Of a stretch of 64,000 nucleotides of DNA, positions 1-14,231 are shown piece by piece (positions within the stretch are counted from its first letter, which is position 1; every line of letters starts with the position of its first letter). The position numbers were made by a program, and so were the translations under genes. Under the pieces are notes generated by a model, which saw only the letters and a program-made list of their open reading frames with translations, had not been told where the DNA came from and made no database searches. Source of the stretch: Podarcis filfolensis. Taxonomy: Eukaryota. The stretch lies in NCBI GenBank assembly GCA_964270895.1, contig OZ185437.1, one strand, 5' to 3'.

Positions 1-1119
1 AGCATAAGAATGTATAATTTAATGAACAATAAAATATATTTTTGATTTTCCTCAAAATGATGATTAGCTGATCTGCTGATTAAAACCTTTTAAAGCTTAA
101 CCCAGTTGATGTCAGACAATGAAGTGTATGTGTTTCAGTGTTGCATGCATAGTCAAATAGTTGAACAGATCTTGATGCATTTGGAAGTGTATGACTTTAA
201 GATTGTTGCAATTTTAACTGGCACAGCTTTCATTTGGGAGTCAGCTATGTTCAATTTATTTTGAAAAGTTAACTCAAATTATGAATGTGCTCCTCCAGAG
301 ATAATGATAGGTTCAAATCAGGATATAAAGAATATGGTGTGCATAAAGGAGAGAATATTTGTGATGCATGCAAGTTGCAGATAGTCAGCTCCTAATTTCA
401 CTACAAATCAAGTTTTTGTGTGTGTAAATCATTGCTTAGTTCTGCTTGATAATTTGAATCATTCTTTTTTACACTGTTCATTGTTTTAGCACATGCTGGT
501 TTTTCTCTGTCTCCATTTCAGTATTGGATTTTCTTTGCAAGTTATATTCTGTAGGAGGTTATGAATGAATATTTGTACAGTCATGAAAAGGGAGAGGTGG
601 TTTGAGTACCTTGTAGCTAAATGTTAATGACTATTGCTGTATATATGGAACATGGAGAGGACCATATTTGTTATTAATAATGTCATAAGAGTGAAGGGAC
701 AATGTGCATAAATACTGGTCTTGATTATTCCTCTTTATAAATTGCTAGGTTGACTTCCCAAATGTGATGTTAAAGTAATGGAAGTGTTTTGTTTTGTGAG
801 TCTGCCACTAAACCTCCCCATGCTTTTTATGCTAAGAGTGGTTCTCTGTTTCATTGTAAATTTACATTGGTTCTATGTTAACTGCCACTTACTTTAGAAG
901 TATGGAGTCAACCTCAGAAATAGTTGCTTGTTCTTCCTCCTTAATCCCTCTTCCCTCAAGCCTTTACAGCACTGATACTAAAAATGATTAAGGTTAACCG
1001 GGGTTCTAGTTTAACCAAGGTCTGAAACTGCATTTGCAAATGGTTTCAGAGACTCACAAATCATAAGTCACATGCTCAGAGGCATGAGTACAGTCAACAA
1101 GACTAGTAGCCATTGATAG

Positions 1120-1870
1120 CATTTTGTCCATGCAATTCTCTTTTAAAGATTTCAAGTTGTTGGCTATCACTGTATCTTGTCAAGGGGAGAACGCCATAGT
1201 GCTACTATGTGTTGTGTGAAGACTTCTTTTTGTCTGTTCTGAATTTTCCAATGTTAAGCTTCATTGTCCTGAGATTTAATACCATCTTCACACCAATATT
1301 TTATCCACCTTTTCAATGTTCTCCCCCTTACTGCTTTTCTGAGCTTTAAACCCCGCAAATATTACTTATAGGGCAATTTATCTAGCCCATTTCTGAACTT
1401 TGCCCTTTCTGAACCTTTTCCAGCTCTACAATAATGTTTTTTTCAGGTGAGGCAACCAGAGCCACACAGCATATTCCACATGTGGTTCCACCTTAGATTT
1501 ATATAAAAGCATTATGTTATTGACAGTTTTATTTCCCATCCCTTTCCTAGAGTTTGCAATTTTCACAACTGTTGCACACTGGGTGAACACTTTTATTAAG
1601 CTATCCACCATGATTGATTTTTTGGTTGTTCACAATTCACACCTTATTTGTGTATATGTGAAATGAGGATTTAATTGGGTTTTGCCTTAATCTGCATCAG
1701 TGCACACGTAGCATCTGCCCATTCAGCTACCTTGCAGAAATAATTTTGACGCTTATTGCAGTTTCTTTTTGTTTTAACCACCTTAAACAATTTAGTGTAA
1801 TCAGCAAACATAACCACCTCACTGCTGACATATACCTCTAGATCATTAATGAATAGAACAGACACACAAC
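1120..1870 (-). mobile_element. CR1 LINE 3' fragment (degenerate RT and C-terminal region)
   Basis: Minus-strand translations LFINDLEVYVSSEVVMFADYTKLFKVV (RT FADD-like motif) and LLYKSKVEPHVEYAVWLWLPHLKK (CR1 LYxxLVRPHLEYCVQFWSP-like); frameshifted and decayed; boundaries approximate. Confidence 0.85.
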
Positions 1871-4379
1871 ATTGCATGGCTTTTGGAGGTCACTGAGCAT
1901 CATCAGTTCTAGCTGGACTGCTGGTGAAGGGGTTACTCCCTCTTGGGTTTTTAACGTTGTCGTGGGTTTTTTTTTTTTTGCATACCTTAGGTTTTGCTCA
2001 AATATGCTGATACTTCCTTCTTATTTCTCAACAGCTTTGCTTTGTCTCCAGTCGTGTAGTTTACTATTAGAGGAATAATAAACTATTCACAATAGTTAAT
2101 GCAGTTTAGGCAGATCAAACATCTGGTTTCTTGGACAGTTTTTACATGGACAGCAATTTGTTAATTTTGTAGGCTTTACATTTTTTCCTAAGATCTCATG
2201 ACATCCTGTGATTATATTGTCAAATTTTATTCTATCCTTTTTGTGGTAGATGGGGCCCCCAGGAATGGGTTCACCTGGAATACCATGGGTTCCGCTTAGG
2301 TGGTGAATGCCTCACAAATGGTTTAGGTGTAGGTAATGTGCTGCTAATCCCACCACACTTCTAAGAGTTGTTTCAGAACAGAAAATAATTTAAAGTGGCA
2401 TGGTTTGAATAAACAGAACTATGGCTCTAGCCATAGTTTTGGTTACTATAACATAGCTTAATCTGTATCCACCAACAGTTAAACTCAACTTAACAATAAT
2501 TTCACTTAACAATTTCACTTAACAATAATTCAGTCCAGTCACCCTAGGGAATAGTTGAAATATCCACTGTTGCAAGGAGAATATTTAAATCTTTAGCTCA
2601 TAAAATGGTAGGGGTCTAGGGATACTTAACACGTTGAATTTAGATTTAGAAGATCCTGATTGCTTCTCTTAAAGTTAAGTATCAATGCCAGCGAATCAGA
2701 GTTCCCAAATGCATTCTAAAAGATGGAGATAAGGCCATTTCTTCTGTCAGGAATGTACTCACCTTTCTGCCTATAGCAGAAGCAGGTTTTGTTCAGCATA
2801 AATATTTTTTTAACCTTGGACTATTGTACTTGGACTGAAGTATGCATTACAATCAGAGTGCTGGTTTGTTAGGCCCCTTATTACTGGCCTCTAGTTGATA
2901 CACCTCTCAGCCACCACAAGACCTCAGACCTGATTTGATGCCAGTATTTTGCTGTTTTTTTTAATGTAGTACTTGGCTGCTCTGCTTGGTTTTACTTTTG
3001 CCAGTTCAGGCAGTCAAAACTTTATAGTATAATGTCAGATGTAGTTGTGGCTCATAAATGCAGGTGAAATCAAAGAACTTGCTTCTCAGTTAATGATGGG
3101 AACAGAGATTGGAGAACTGTAAATTATGTTTTACTTCTGCATTCCTTTTAATAATTGAATTGGCTGTTATAATAGATCCATCTTACATTTAGGAATTTTT
3201 TTTTACTATCAGGTGGTTCTACAATCTCTTATTTGGCTTCTGGTCAAATGAGATTCGCAGAACCTGGCAACATGCTCTGTAAGTTGCATCAGCTTAATTT
3301 GCAGAAGTTCACTTGAACTATGTGAGTAGTGAGGGCCTGCAATAAAATAGTGTTGTGCCAACCAGGCTGAGTATCTGTAAGAAGTGGTAGAATTAAAGGA
3401 AACTGCTTTAATATTTAAGGAGCATAAGAACATGGTTCCTTCTTATAACAAGCAAGCCGTAGTTCTCTTTCACGCCAGTGTGTTCTGTGACAGTTCTAAT
3501 ATGTTAATTTAAAGCAGAAGTAAAAAGCTTCTCTGATTTTCTTTCTTCTTTTTGAACTAAATTTACTTTTGTAATCTGCTAGACATTTTGACCAGATTAC
3601 TGAATGAGGCTGAAAATAAGATTTACTAGTACAGTGGTCTTATTTTAACAGGACATCTCTAGTAGTGACCGAACCTAATTGCAAATTACGAAGTCATAAA
3701 TCTGCTACAGCAACTTTCTGAACTATGTTAATAACATACTCATTTGTAATAGTGAATTTTCTACAATGGCAGGAATCGGACTAGATGAGGTTGATCCAGC
3801 TCTGATTCCACGCAGTCTTAAAGTTGGCAGTGGTGTTTGCATTTTAAATGATGCTGCTCATCTGTTTTCTGATGTTGCTGCACTTGAGCAGAGGTGGCAC
3901 AAAGAACTTGGAGGTAGTGTAGGATCATATTTGCAAATGTAAAGCATAATACATAGGAGTTTTGTGCATCTGCTTCACATGCTTTCTGTTTTCAGTGATG
4001 GTGAAGCTGCCATAACTCCAGACTTTTGCAGACACTACCACAAAGTATTCTGTGTCCAGTTGTTCTGGCATTTTATCTCTTTCCATAGAACTAAATAATG
4101 GCATAATGACCAAAGCTTTGAATATCTATATGGGAAACTCAGGTTTGATATTTGCTTACCTGTGTAGCTCATTAGTTAGTCCTGATCATCAAATTACCTT
4201 GCAAAATTGTTATTTATTAAAATAAAGCCACAGAATAACTAGCTTCCTATCAGATAATTATACAGGGGTCATAACTTGTATCCTGAGTAGCATATGCAGG
4301 GAGACATATTTTCTCCTGAGTTCTTGATAACACTGTTCTCTAGAGCCATTGCAAACCTGTAGGCCTCCGTCTTTCAAAC

Positions 4380-4780
4380 TGCACAATTTAAAAGACTTGC
4401 CTATCTACTAGTAGTGATTTGGTTAACACACCTGGTCATACTGTTTTCATCTTTCTTTTGCCTGTGATCCGGACCCTATGCCATCTGAATGAGAAATGGA
4501 GGTTGCTTCCCTGTAAACGGAGTTCTTCCCAAGTGCCATTGTCTAGTCAGGTATCCCTACCACTTCCCTCTTTTGGGAAATATTTTTTTATTTACTAAAA
4601 GATAGAGAAGCAGAGGGACTGAACAGTAGCTCTGCTTTAAAGACTTTATCTCCATGTGTTGGATGGTATACTTCCTGTGCATTGGTAGTTAAAAGGTTCC
4701 AGTGCTCCCACCTATTACTTGGCTAGACAGGGTCACTTAGGAAGAATTCTCCTAACAGGTAAGGAACTTCCCCTTTCTAA
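4380..4780. mobile_element. possible degenerate DIRS-like terminal fragment
   Basis: Ends in aggaagaattctcctaacaggtaaggaacttcccctttct, reminiscent of vertebrate DIRS termini; recalled similarity only. Confidence 0.2.
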
Positions 4781-6325
4781 CTCCAGTTTTTGTGTCATGT
4801 TCCAGGTCTTCCAAAGGTTGATAAGCCCCTCCCAGAAAAAGTAAGTTGGGTTGTGATTTTTCTGATTTATAGAGAGAAATTTAGTGGTCATTCTGCCTCT
4901 TCATGATTTTATAAAGGGTTGGCTGTGTACAGTTGTAGTTGCTTTATTTTCCAAGTCATCTTAACTTGTGCAGTTGCAACTTGGTAAAACTGACTTATGA
5001 TACTATATATTCCACTAAAATGGTAAAAATTTGATATTTTTGTGGATTTATTCTGAGCACTTACATTGTAAATGGGAGAAGCTAATATTTGAAGATAATA
5101 GTGGTTAAGTTAATAAAATTTAAAAATGCCAAGGACTAGTAGATGGAATCCTAAATGGAATATATTTGTGAATTTAAAAGGTTCTAATTATGACAATGTC
5201 ATCTTCAAACAATGCCAGGCTGTCTGGCTTGATTGATCTGTCTGTTGTGCTGAACATTTGCGTGCCATTTCATGTTCAGGCATTTACTGATATAAATAGT
5301 AAGGACTCTTTTCTCTAGGATAAGGCCCTCTTTCACAATGAGAAGTACATTAATCATACTTCTATTTTTAAAATCCATGCACTTTAGGACTATTATAAAG
5401 TATGCAGTTTGGAATAGAATGTTGTCATGTCAGACACATAGTTTGTACCAACAAATTTTAAGATTTAAAAAGAGAATGGGATGGCTAGCAAACCACACCA
5501 ATGGCTGATGTGGAAATGAACAAAAATTAGTTAGCTCTGGGCTAAACTGTAGGGTGATACCATTGCAGCATAGAACATTATTGAGGGTTTGCTCCCAAAA
5601 TAGATGTTAGGAAACCACTTCTGCAATAAGTGGGTGGCAGCAATCTGTTGGCACTGACTGCATAGCATTGGGTTATTTTAACCAATGAACTGTACTCTGG
5701 AGTATTATGTAAAATCTTTTGAGCTTCAGCTATATTTGTGGCAGATATTTGCATATTAAAACATAGAGCAATGGATGAAGGATGGTAAAAAGTACTAGTT
5801 GAAGCAAAGGGCAGTGGAAAATAACTTACAGATTTATCCATTTAATGGAGATTGTGACAATTTGCTACAGAGCCGGATGACCACTGGTGTATAGATCAAT
5901 CTGTCAATGATAGCTTCCACCTCCTAAATTTCATTATAGACTTGTATGGAGGAGGTGCTATTGGGAATCTTAAGTGAGAATCAGGGGAAGGAGCACTTGG
6001 CTGATATTCCGTTACCTCCAAAATACATACTAAGCCCATCTTCTCCACACCCACCCTTTATCTAAGCATGCATTGTGCATTCTGATATGTGGGGGCTGGG
6101 TTAGATTGTCAAATTACTCAGTCAACATCACTCGGTTAAATTAAGAAACTTCATTTAGAATCAGGAAAGAACAATATTGCAAAATATAAGCAAAATTTTG
6201 AATAAGCTAAACTAGAGAACATCTAAAAAGTATTCCAGACTTTCATAGTCATGGGTAACTATTATTCAAAGATGAGTTTTCCTTATCGAAACACTGAGTC
6301 CTGTGAGCTTGGGGAAATGTGGATA

Positions 6326-6570
6326 CAGTGGTACCTTGGGTTACATACGCTTCAGGTTACATACGCTTCAGGTTACAGACTCCGCTAACCCAGAAATATT
6401 ACTTCGGGTTAAGAACTTTGCTTCAGGATGAGAACAGAAATTGCACGGCAGCGGTGTAGCAGCCTCAGCAGTGGGAGGCCTCATTAGCTAAAGTGCTCCA
6501 GGTTAAGAACAGTTCCAGGTTAAGAAGGGACTTCCAGAACAAATTAAGTACGTAACCAGAGGTACCACTG
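6326..6570. mobile_element. Tc1/mariner (Tigger/pogo-like) MITE
   Basis: TIRs CAGTGGTACCT...AGGTACCACTG, TA on both sides (6324-25, 6571-72); internal 16-bp tandem ggttacatacgcttca. Confidence 0.9.
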
Positions 6571-7131
6571 TAAAGGGATCTGAACTCGCTAGTCTGGAGT
6601 AAGAAGAAGGCCAAGGGGCTTTTAGTCCACATACCATGGGTGAAAATCTTTCCACAGTCCGATGGGACAGAGTACTGACACCTGCAGTTGTATGCTTCAC
6701 ATGTGGGAGGTAGGCAGCATTTCAAAAGTAAAGTGTAATTTGATGTAGCGACCTGTTCAAATAATAAAGCAGTCCTGTGTTGGGTGAAGCAGCTCTTACG
6801 GACCTAATTACATGTAGCATGAAAATATACCAAACTGAATCCTGATACTCTGCCCCTTCTAGGAAAAGCTGCTTAAGGTAGGGGTAGTTTGGAGGTTAGA
6901 ATGAGAGGAAAGGAATGCTTAATGTTTTGCCTTCTTACGACTTGTCTGTTCTAAATCTTTCTGCTTACCATTTGGTTCACATATGACAGTGATTTGAGAG
7001 TGTTCTGGACTTTTTTTTCTTGGAACACTGGGATCTGTTGTTGAATCACAACTGGCTTTTTCAAAAATGGTTTTCAGAACACTGCAGGAATGGCTGTTTG
7101 AGAAATCCAGTCCTTGTTGAATATGCAAAAC

Positions 7132-7175
<44 letters not shown>
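7132..7175. repeat. (TTA)n microsatellite
   Basis: About 14 ATT units; explains the poly-Ile/poly-Leu ORFs 6919..7203 and 7020..7223. Confidence 0.95.
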
Positions 7176-7176
<1 letters not shown>

Positions 7177-7604
7177 ATTTGTTAGTTGCTTTATCTTGCC
7201 CATGGCAACCCAAAGCGATTTAAACCAAAAGCCAAATACCCCATGCCCAAATATACATTAAAATTAAGGGGAGAAATACATGAAAAACACTCCACCCGCT
7301 TCTAAAAGGCCACAGATAGTTCAAATGCCTGGTTATAGAGGAAATATTTTGCCTAAAGATATATAGTTGCATGTTCTTTGAATACTCAGTTAATTGCTTT
7401 GATTTTTTTCAGAAATAAGCAGGCAGATAAGTGTGCGTACATGCGATGTACAGTAAAGATCTATGTTTGATATCTAGACATCAGTACTTCTTGGAGAATT
7501 GAGCTCATTGAATATATCAGATAGGTAGAAGGCACAAAAGTGTGTGAAAGCATTCAGGTTTACTCAGAGAATAAACCTAGTAAAATGAGGGATGGGAGGG
7601 CTAA

Positions 7605-7870
7605 GATTTATTTATTTTATTTAGCAGAATTTGTATAGCACTTAATTATCAAAGCCTCTAAGCGGATTAACTTACAAATACTCATAAAATTAGATGTTGA
7701 AAGCCAAGTCAGATTCACACATCTGGGTAAACAATTTTTTTATCAGGTGCCAAAAACAATACAATAGATGTTCCTACGTAATATGAATAGGTGGGGAGTA
7801 TAGGTGCTGCCACACTGAAAGATTGATTCCTTGCATGTGCAGAATGAATATTATGTGGCCCTTAGAGAAA
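7605..7870 (-). mobile_element. degenerate L2-type LINE 3' tail
   Basis: atttatttatttt...atttgtatagcac...ctctaagcggatt tail pattern, shared with other L2 tails in the window. Confidence 0.4.
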
Positions 7871-10800
7871 TAGCAGTTTCACAGATCGAGTGGGCAGCTC
7901 TGCAATGTTCGACAGAGATCACATCGGAGTTCAGCATTCAAATTTATGTCCGAGGGTTAATACCTTTAAACCATAGAATTGTCATGATGTATATATAAGC
8001 TACCAAATCTTTTCTTCCCCAAACAGCAATAAGATAAGATTACCAATCTTAATCATAGCAAAAGCGGATGTATAGAAGACTGGGGACGATCATCATAATC
8101 TTATCCCTAACCATTTGTAGAACTTAATTTGCTACCAGCCTAGTTTAATCATCTTAAAACTGAGGCATGCGTCTTTAATCCTAATTCGAAAGCTTGCCCT
8201 AACTTTAGTATCCCATAATCTGTTGTAGATACCATAAATTCCTTTGATCCATAAAATGATGTATAGAAGAGGCCTGTTTTAAAAAACTTAAATGGAAAAT
8301 ACACCAAGATCTTTTCATAATTAAATTAACTATCGTGTTTTTTACATTGCTTGTCTTTCTATTCTATGTATCTCTTATAGCAACCATAATTGAAGATTAA
8401 GACAAAACCAATTTAAAACAGATTGAAGTGTTCTTTGTCCCTGATCCCCTTCTTACAATGTACTGTACAATTATCCTGAATAACTCCTTAGGTGTTGTGA
8501 AAACAAGGAAATGTTTGTTTGCTAGCTTATTTACATCTTTTAAAATCTGTTTCTTCAATTATTATTTTCTCTAAAGTAATGGTAGTTGAGCACATGTGCC
8601 ACATGTCAGCAAGATTTAAGTGTAATATAGTAGAGCTATTGTCCAGTACATGTGTAGCATATCCTTTTAAAGTGTTGGCTCGGGTATTGCCTTTGTTATA
8701 GCGAGCTGTAGAATTATGACCAAGTTTTCATCCTGTCCTGCTCATGTCCAGGAATACTGCAACTCCCTGCTGCCCCTGCCACTTGTAGTGTTACACCTCC
8801 TGTCCCAGTACTCATGTCTGACTTAGAGTGATACATGCTTGACTTGACTAAATACTTCAATTTTTCATTCATGTCCTCTGAGGCATTTCTGTTAAAGAAG
8901 ATCACAGTGTTGCTTTGTAACTAATGTTCTAAACTGCATGACAGCATAACCTAAAATTTACCTTTCATATTTTGATTCTGAAATTCAGAGTCTACCAGTA
9001 AGATTTTCTAGTGCAAGCATTTGGGGTAACTGACTTGAAAAAGCAGTTTTTAATATGGGGTATGTATGTGGTAACTCTTAATTGATGCAGTTAGCAATAA
9101 GCTGTAGTTAATCAAATGATGCTAGGTGTGCTGTGTTTATATTTTTGCAGTATGACATAGTAAAGCAAGAAACATCAAGTTCTGCTGAGCTCCTGAATAA
9201 ACTTTGGTGTATGTTTAAATCTATTAGAGAACTCTGTTGGCATAGAACAAGAAGTCATGGAAATATTTCAAATGTTTCACTGCGTAAGCATTGACCTGAT
9301 ATGACAATAAATTTGTGCTGGGGTGTTGGTGGTAGAATCCTGTCATAAAGCCTAAACTGAGAACCTGAATAATTAACTTATGGCTGACAGTCTGCTTGGG
9401 AGACTTTATTTGTACTATCTTAAATGTTTTAAATATAAGAGTTTTGAAAAGTATAGTTAGAGTAGCATGGGTAATTTAGTCAATTGCAAATGTGTTGTTG
9501 CAATATGGGGTGTAAAAATTATGTGTGGTATTCAACCAAGTTTCCTCAAAGTAGACCCATTAAAGTTAATGAACATTGTTAAGTTAGGTCCATTCATTTT
9601 AATGGCTCTACTCTGAGTAAAACTTAGTTGGTTACCACCCAGTGTGTGGATTAATGCTTGGAAAATACTGCCTGGCCAGATGTCCCATAAATTAATGAAA
9701 ATGCTCATCCATATAAATCGCTGTGCCTACTTGAACTTGAAATTCAAATGTACTTTTCCTTCTGTGCCAAGCCAGGCATGATGATAGTATATGAATGCAT
9801 CTTTGCCACTGATTTTTTGGAAAGTAGCATCCAGTTTGGGACTAAAGGTGGAAGTCCCCTCCCCCTTTTTCTGCAGTGGCTATTTGCCATAGTAGTAAAA
9901 GTATGGGTGCCAGCAATTGTACCTGGATCTTTCCCTCCCCCGCTGCTTTGGAGATGATTCACCCACCTCCCTTATACACAGTTTGAACCTCAGTGGCTTC
10001 TGAACTTCGGTTGGGTTCTTGAAGAGAAATTTCAGAATGAAATAATTAGCTTTATATAATTATAAAACAACAAATTGTACACATAAACCTTTAATCGATG
10101 AAAAGAATGTATGCAAATTTCTTAATTGATTTGAATGTGACAAACTTTACTTTCAAGAATAAAATGCCTATTCCTAATCACTCTACTAAAATTAGAAGGA
10201 TACTCATTGTTTATATGTGGATCTATTTTTTTCTGCTATTACTATAGATTGCATTTCCAGCCTCCACATTTTCGTTTTCTTTTTCAAATGATAATTGATA
10301 TAGAATTTTGTGTTTAAAAAATATTTTTATTGATTTCAATAAAACAAAATAAAGCCGCTTCAAGTAAACATATAATCTGTTACAGATACAGATTATAAAA
10401 TACCTAATACAACAAATGATTAAATTATTTTAGAAGAGTTGCAAATATTGGCCAGCATTCTACATTCTTCAATTTCTCTCTTCACCCAAAATATGAGCTA
10501 TTTTCTTCTGTAAGTAGAATTAGACAATGTCCTCTTAAGAAGTGCAATAGACAGGTTTTATTAACTGTTGTAATTTTCACTGCTGATCCCTTATTCAGTT
10601 TTCAAATATTAATAAAACTTAACATTATAACGATAGTGATGACAAATGTGACTTTCTCTTATGAATCCATAATCTTTTCTGCAGCTGATCTACTTTTATT
10701 GTCTTGTGACACAACTCAATTCTTGGTTGCTGAACTTATTTATTTATTCAACAGGATGTATAGACCACTTAATCATCCATAACATCTAAGATTTGCATAG

Positions 10801-12267
10801 AATATAAAATGCTCATTTAGAGATACAAGTAACTTGTTTTTAACATTTGACTTTAAGCTACATTTTATCACAATATAAGTAAAAGCAGCAGTTACTAAAA
10901 TATGTGTAGGCTGGTGTAAACAAAGACCTTGCTACATATGGTGAAGGGATCTGCCTATTAATAGCAGTTAGGGAGTTCCAAACAGTAGGTTGATTCCTTG
11001 CAAGTGGAAAATGAACATGACATGACATTGTAAAACTTCCAGTTGGGCATATATGGGGAAAGCTGATCTTTCCAACTAGACTGGTCCAAAGCACATTGTA
11101 CTCGTAGTATTCTATTTAGAAAACATGGTTTTAATCTTTTAGTTGAAGGTATATCTTGACTTAGTAATAATATAACCTTTCTAGTAGGAAGCTATGCTGT
11201 GAGAGTGCATCTTCCCACCCCCACCCCAATGTGCAGAAAGGTGTTGCTACTCTTTCCAACCATGCAGGGCCATTTTAATCTGAATAGAAAATCTGTCTCA
11301 GGGCTGAAGTACAGTAATTAGCTGTCTCTTCAGAGTGTCAGAGCAAAATTACCATTGTAATGGTTTAGCTGGAGGATAAAAGGATTGAATTTGGGTCCCT
11401 TTGCCTGCCAAACTAAGTTGCCATGGGAATTTTCAAACGTAAGAGGCGTTTACTTAGAGCAATTTGAAGGGTTTGAATAAACTCATAAATTATGGTTTTT
11501 AGAGCAGCAGCAATCTCTGCTTTCTCTGGCATAGGCTGAGCAGCAACATGAAGGCTGTTAGAAACTGCTTATGCTTAATGAGAACGAGTTGATCCATGCT
11601 CCCGTGCAGACTATCAGCTTATTAAAGCTAAACTGTTTCTGCTAAATACTGTACAGTAAGCACATTTCAAGAGAGACAGTTTGTAACAAATCCCCAGAGT
11701 AAAAAACAAAATCTGATTGCTGTGGATGTAAATTGAATTTCCCTTGCTGGATTAGATCTCTTTTCAAGTAATACTATTAAAAATGGTTCTTTATTTTGTT
11801 TCAGTAAACATTAACTTGATTTTAACTTTCCTCCCTGCATGTAATATCTATTACAATACTTGTCAAATCTGACTATGGAGGGGATAAAGGGACACTGAAG
11901 ACTTCATTTGAAAGCAAATAAGATGTCTGGACACTTTGATCTGGTTCTTTTGGGTCATGTGTAAACATTTGCAGAGACCATGCTCATTCTCACTAAAGAA
12001 GTTGGGCTTTGACCTATTGACTTTGCTAGTCAACTTTGACACTGTTTAAATGTGAGCAGGTAGATTCTCTTTCTGTAAATAACTTAAGTAATGAACATTG
12101 CTCATGCTTGTTTATCCTTCAGTTGTTCTTGATGAGTCAGCTGTAGATGTAACAGTAACGTGTGTTCTGTTCTGGGCTTTAAGAGCATGGTTTTAATTGA
12201 AGCCTTTGTCTTTTATTTTTGTTGATACCAAATTGGATGTGACAGAGCTACCACTCCTATCTATACT

Positions 12268-12345
12268 GTGTGTGTGTGTAAGAGTAAGAGAGAGAGAGAA
12301 CTATTTTAGGAGAGGAGAGAGAGAGAGAACTATTTTAGGAGGGTG
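12268..12345. repeat. compound (TG)n/(GA)n repeat with duplicated gagagagagagaactattttaggag
   Basis: Direct reading. Confidence 0.85.
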
Positions 12346-12706
12346 TGTGAAAGGGGCAGAACTGTACCTCACATAAGCTAGCTGTGCTGTCTCTCTTGAG
12401 GTACATTTGTCCCAACTTGGCTGACACAATATCAACTAGGCTAGGAGAAAAGTGCCTGGGATTGACAAGTATTTGGGGAGGATTCAGCTGTCCTCATTCA
12501 TGTGCTGATTTTGAGCCCCAAAACCTGTGTTGTGCAAATAAAAGATATTTGGCCAGACATCTGGAGGCAATCCCGTATTGGGAAGTTTTGTTATCTGATG
12601 GAAGTTATTGGACGTTTCATTGTCTTTTTTAAATATTCTGTTGGAAGCAGCCCAGAATGGCTGGGGCAACCCAGTCAGATGGGTGAAGTACAAGTAATAA
12701 ATGACT

Positions 12707-12729
12707 ATCATCATCATCATCATCATCAT
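12707..12729. repeat. (CAT)n microsatellite at the end of a retroposon 3' tail
   Basis: Direct reading; preceded by gcagcccagaatggctggggcaacccagtcagatgggtg...aataa, typical of a LINE/SINE tail. Confidence 0.85.
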
Positions 12730-12742
12730 TTTTGATAGTGTT

Positions 12743-12914
12743 GGAAGGGTTGTAGCTCAGTGGCAGAGCATTTGCCTTGTATGCAAAAGGTCCTATGTTT
12801 TTCCCCCTGCATCTCCAGGGAGGGCTGGAAGAGATTCTCTGTCTGAAACCCTGGAGAGCTGCTGCTGATTATTGTAGGTGGAGTCTGACTCAGATAAGGC
12901 AGCTTCCTATTCCT
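12743..12914 (+). mobile_element. squamate tRNA-derived SINE (Squam-type)
   Basis: A-box-like tagctcagtggcagagc head, body catctccagg...ctgaaaccctggagagctgctg, tail gactcagataaggcagcttcctat; related copies elsewhere in the window. Confidence 0.85.
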
Positions 12915-13805
12915 GTGTTGTGTGATAAGTTTAAGGACTGTCAACTGATTAAAGATTCTTGCTCCATGGCTGTTAGTCCCAAGGTATGTCCAAGGCACTT
13001 AGGAAAAAGTCAGCTTAGAATAAAACTGCAAGCTTAGCTTTCAGATCAAGCCCAGTATATGTCTCAGTTTATATGTTGCCCTTTAAAACCTAAAACAAAG
13101 TTTGAGATTCAAGTTTCAGCTTTCAGCTCAAGTTAGAACTAGCTAAAAACTCACTCAGTTTTGAAAATGAAAGCAAGTGAAAACTAGAGGGTAACTTACA
13201 CCTTAAACATAAGTTCATGCTCGGTATAGACTTTATTTAAGGTGTGCTTCATATAAATTTCAAGTGTTAGAGATGCAGTGAATGTTAAGCTCAGTATTTG
13301 GTTGAATTTCAAAACCAGCCGCACCTTCTTCAGTTTTAAAACTTATACAGGGAGTATGAGTCTTACATTTTCTGAAGGGCTTCAAGGGCACACCCTTATC
13401 TTAATTCCATCCATTGCCTCCTAGCCTAAAAAAAAAATCACATCCCTAGAGGGCTAAATGGACCTACACTCCATATTTCAAATTTCTGTTCCCTGGAATT
13501 TGGTGCAGCCCAGCAGTTTGAGCCACACATCCTTATATTCTTCAAACAATGACCTCTTGATCTGCTTGGCTGCAGGAAGAGGTGAGGGAAGGTAGCCAAA
13601 GCTATATATTTAGGGCAATCTACTGATGGAGACTGCCCTGTGAGCAGGATTAGAAGCACCCACTGACAAAGCATTTCAGCCCTAGTGATAAAGCATTATT
13701 GTAGCACGCTAGTCTGGCAGATGTACAAGCTCAGCAGCAGGACAAGGAGCCCAGGGCAAACTACTCTCCTCACCTAAGAAATGCCAAGCAACAAAGTAAA
13801 AGTTA

Positions 13806-14030
13806 TGTTTCAACGGTTGCACATCACCTCGGTCTCTGCTGAGCGATGGCAAGATTCCAGGGGGTTCCAGGGTCATGTTTCCGTTGTAAATTCAGGCACG
13901 TCATAGACTGTAGAGTTCAAATATAAATGGTTTATTTTACACTTACATACACCTAAGAGCAAGGTTTACCTCACCTGGGCCGGTTCACTCCAGTGTAGAT
14001 CCCTCCGTGGGTTGGACTGTGCCTGTGTGT
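13806..14030 (-). mobile_element. LTR-like fragment (R/U5)
   Basis: Minus strand reads ...aaaataaaccatttatatttgaactctacagtc...ttgaaaCA: polyA signal then a CA terminus; CpG-richer than flanks. Confidence 0.35.
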
Positions 14031-14231
14031 GAGCACACGTACCCATGATTTCCGGCTTCTGCGCAAACTTGATTTCCGGCACCACGGAAGCAAGGCACCG
14101 CACTGCACCAGTTTAGCACAGTGCACAGAGACTGGCCAAGCGGGCTGCTCGGTTCGGGGACGGCTCGTGGGCCAGTTAAATGACCCCTGTGGGCCACTTG
14201 TGGCCCATGGGCCTTAGGTTGCCTACCCCTG
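14030..14231. mobile_element. hAT MITE, one terminal half
   Basis: Ends ...gggccacttgtggcccatgggccttaggttgcctacccctg (reverse complement CAGGGGTAGGCAACCT, hAT-type TIR); matching other end not seen. Confidence 0.65.

Noticed and set aside
6919-7223. Poly-Ile / poly-Leu ORFs resembling signal or transmembrane peptides
   Set aside because: Produced by the (TTA)n microsatellite.
7900-8270. Possible NUMT or L1 fragment
   Set aside because: The frames I translated by hand gave no recognisable mitochondrial or L1 protein motif; cannot be supported without a search.
12743-12830. tRNA-like sequences (also 16754, 18471, 58539)
   Set aside because: These are SINE heads: A/B boxes without a complete cloverleaf, continuing into SINE bodies.
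13802-14178. Apparent TG...CA solo LTR with a 4-bp GTTA target duplication
   Set aside because: The right-hand GTTA lies inside what reads as continuous hAT terminal sequence, so the TSD is probably coincidental.
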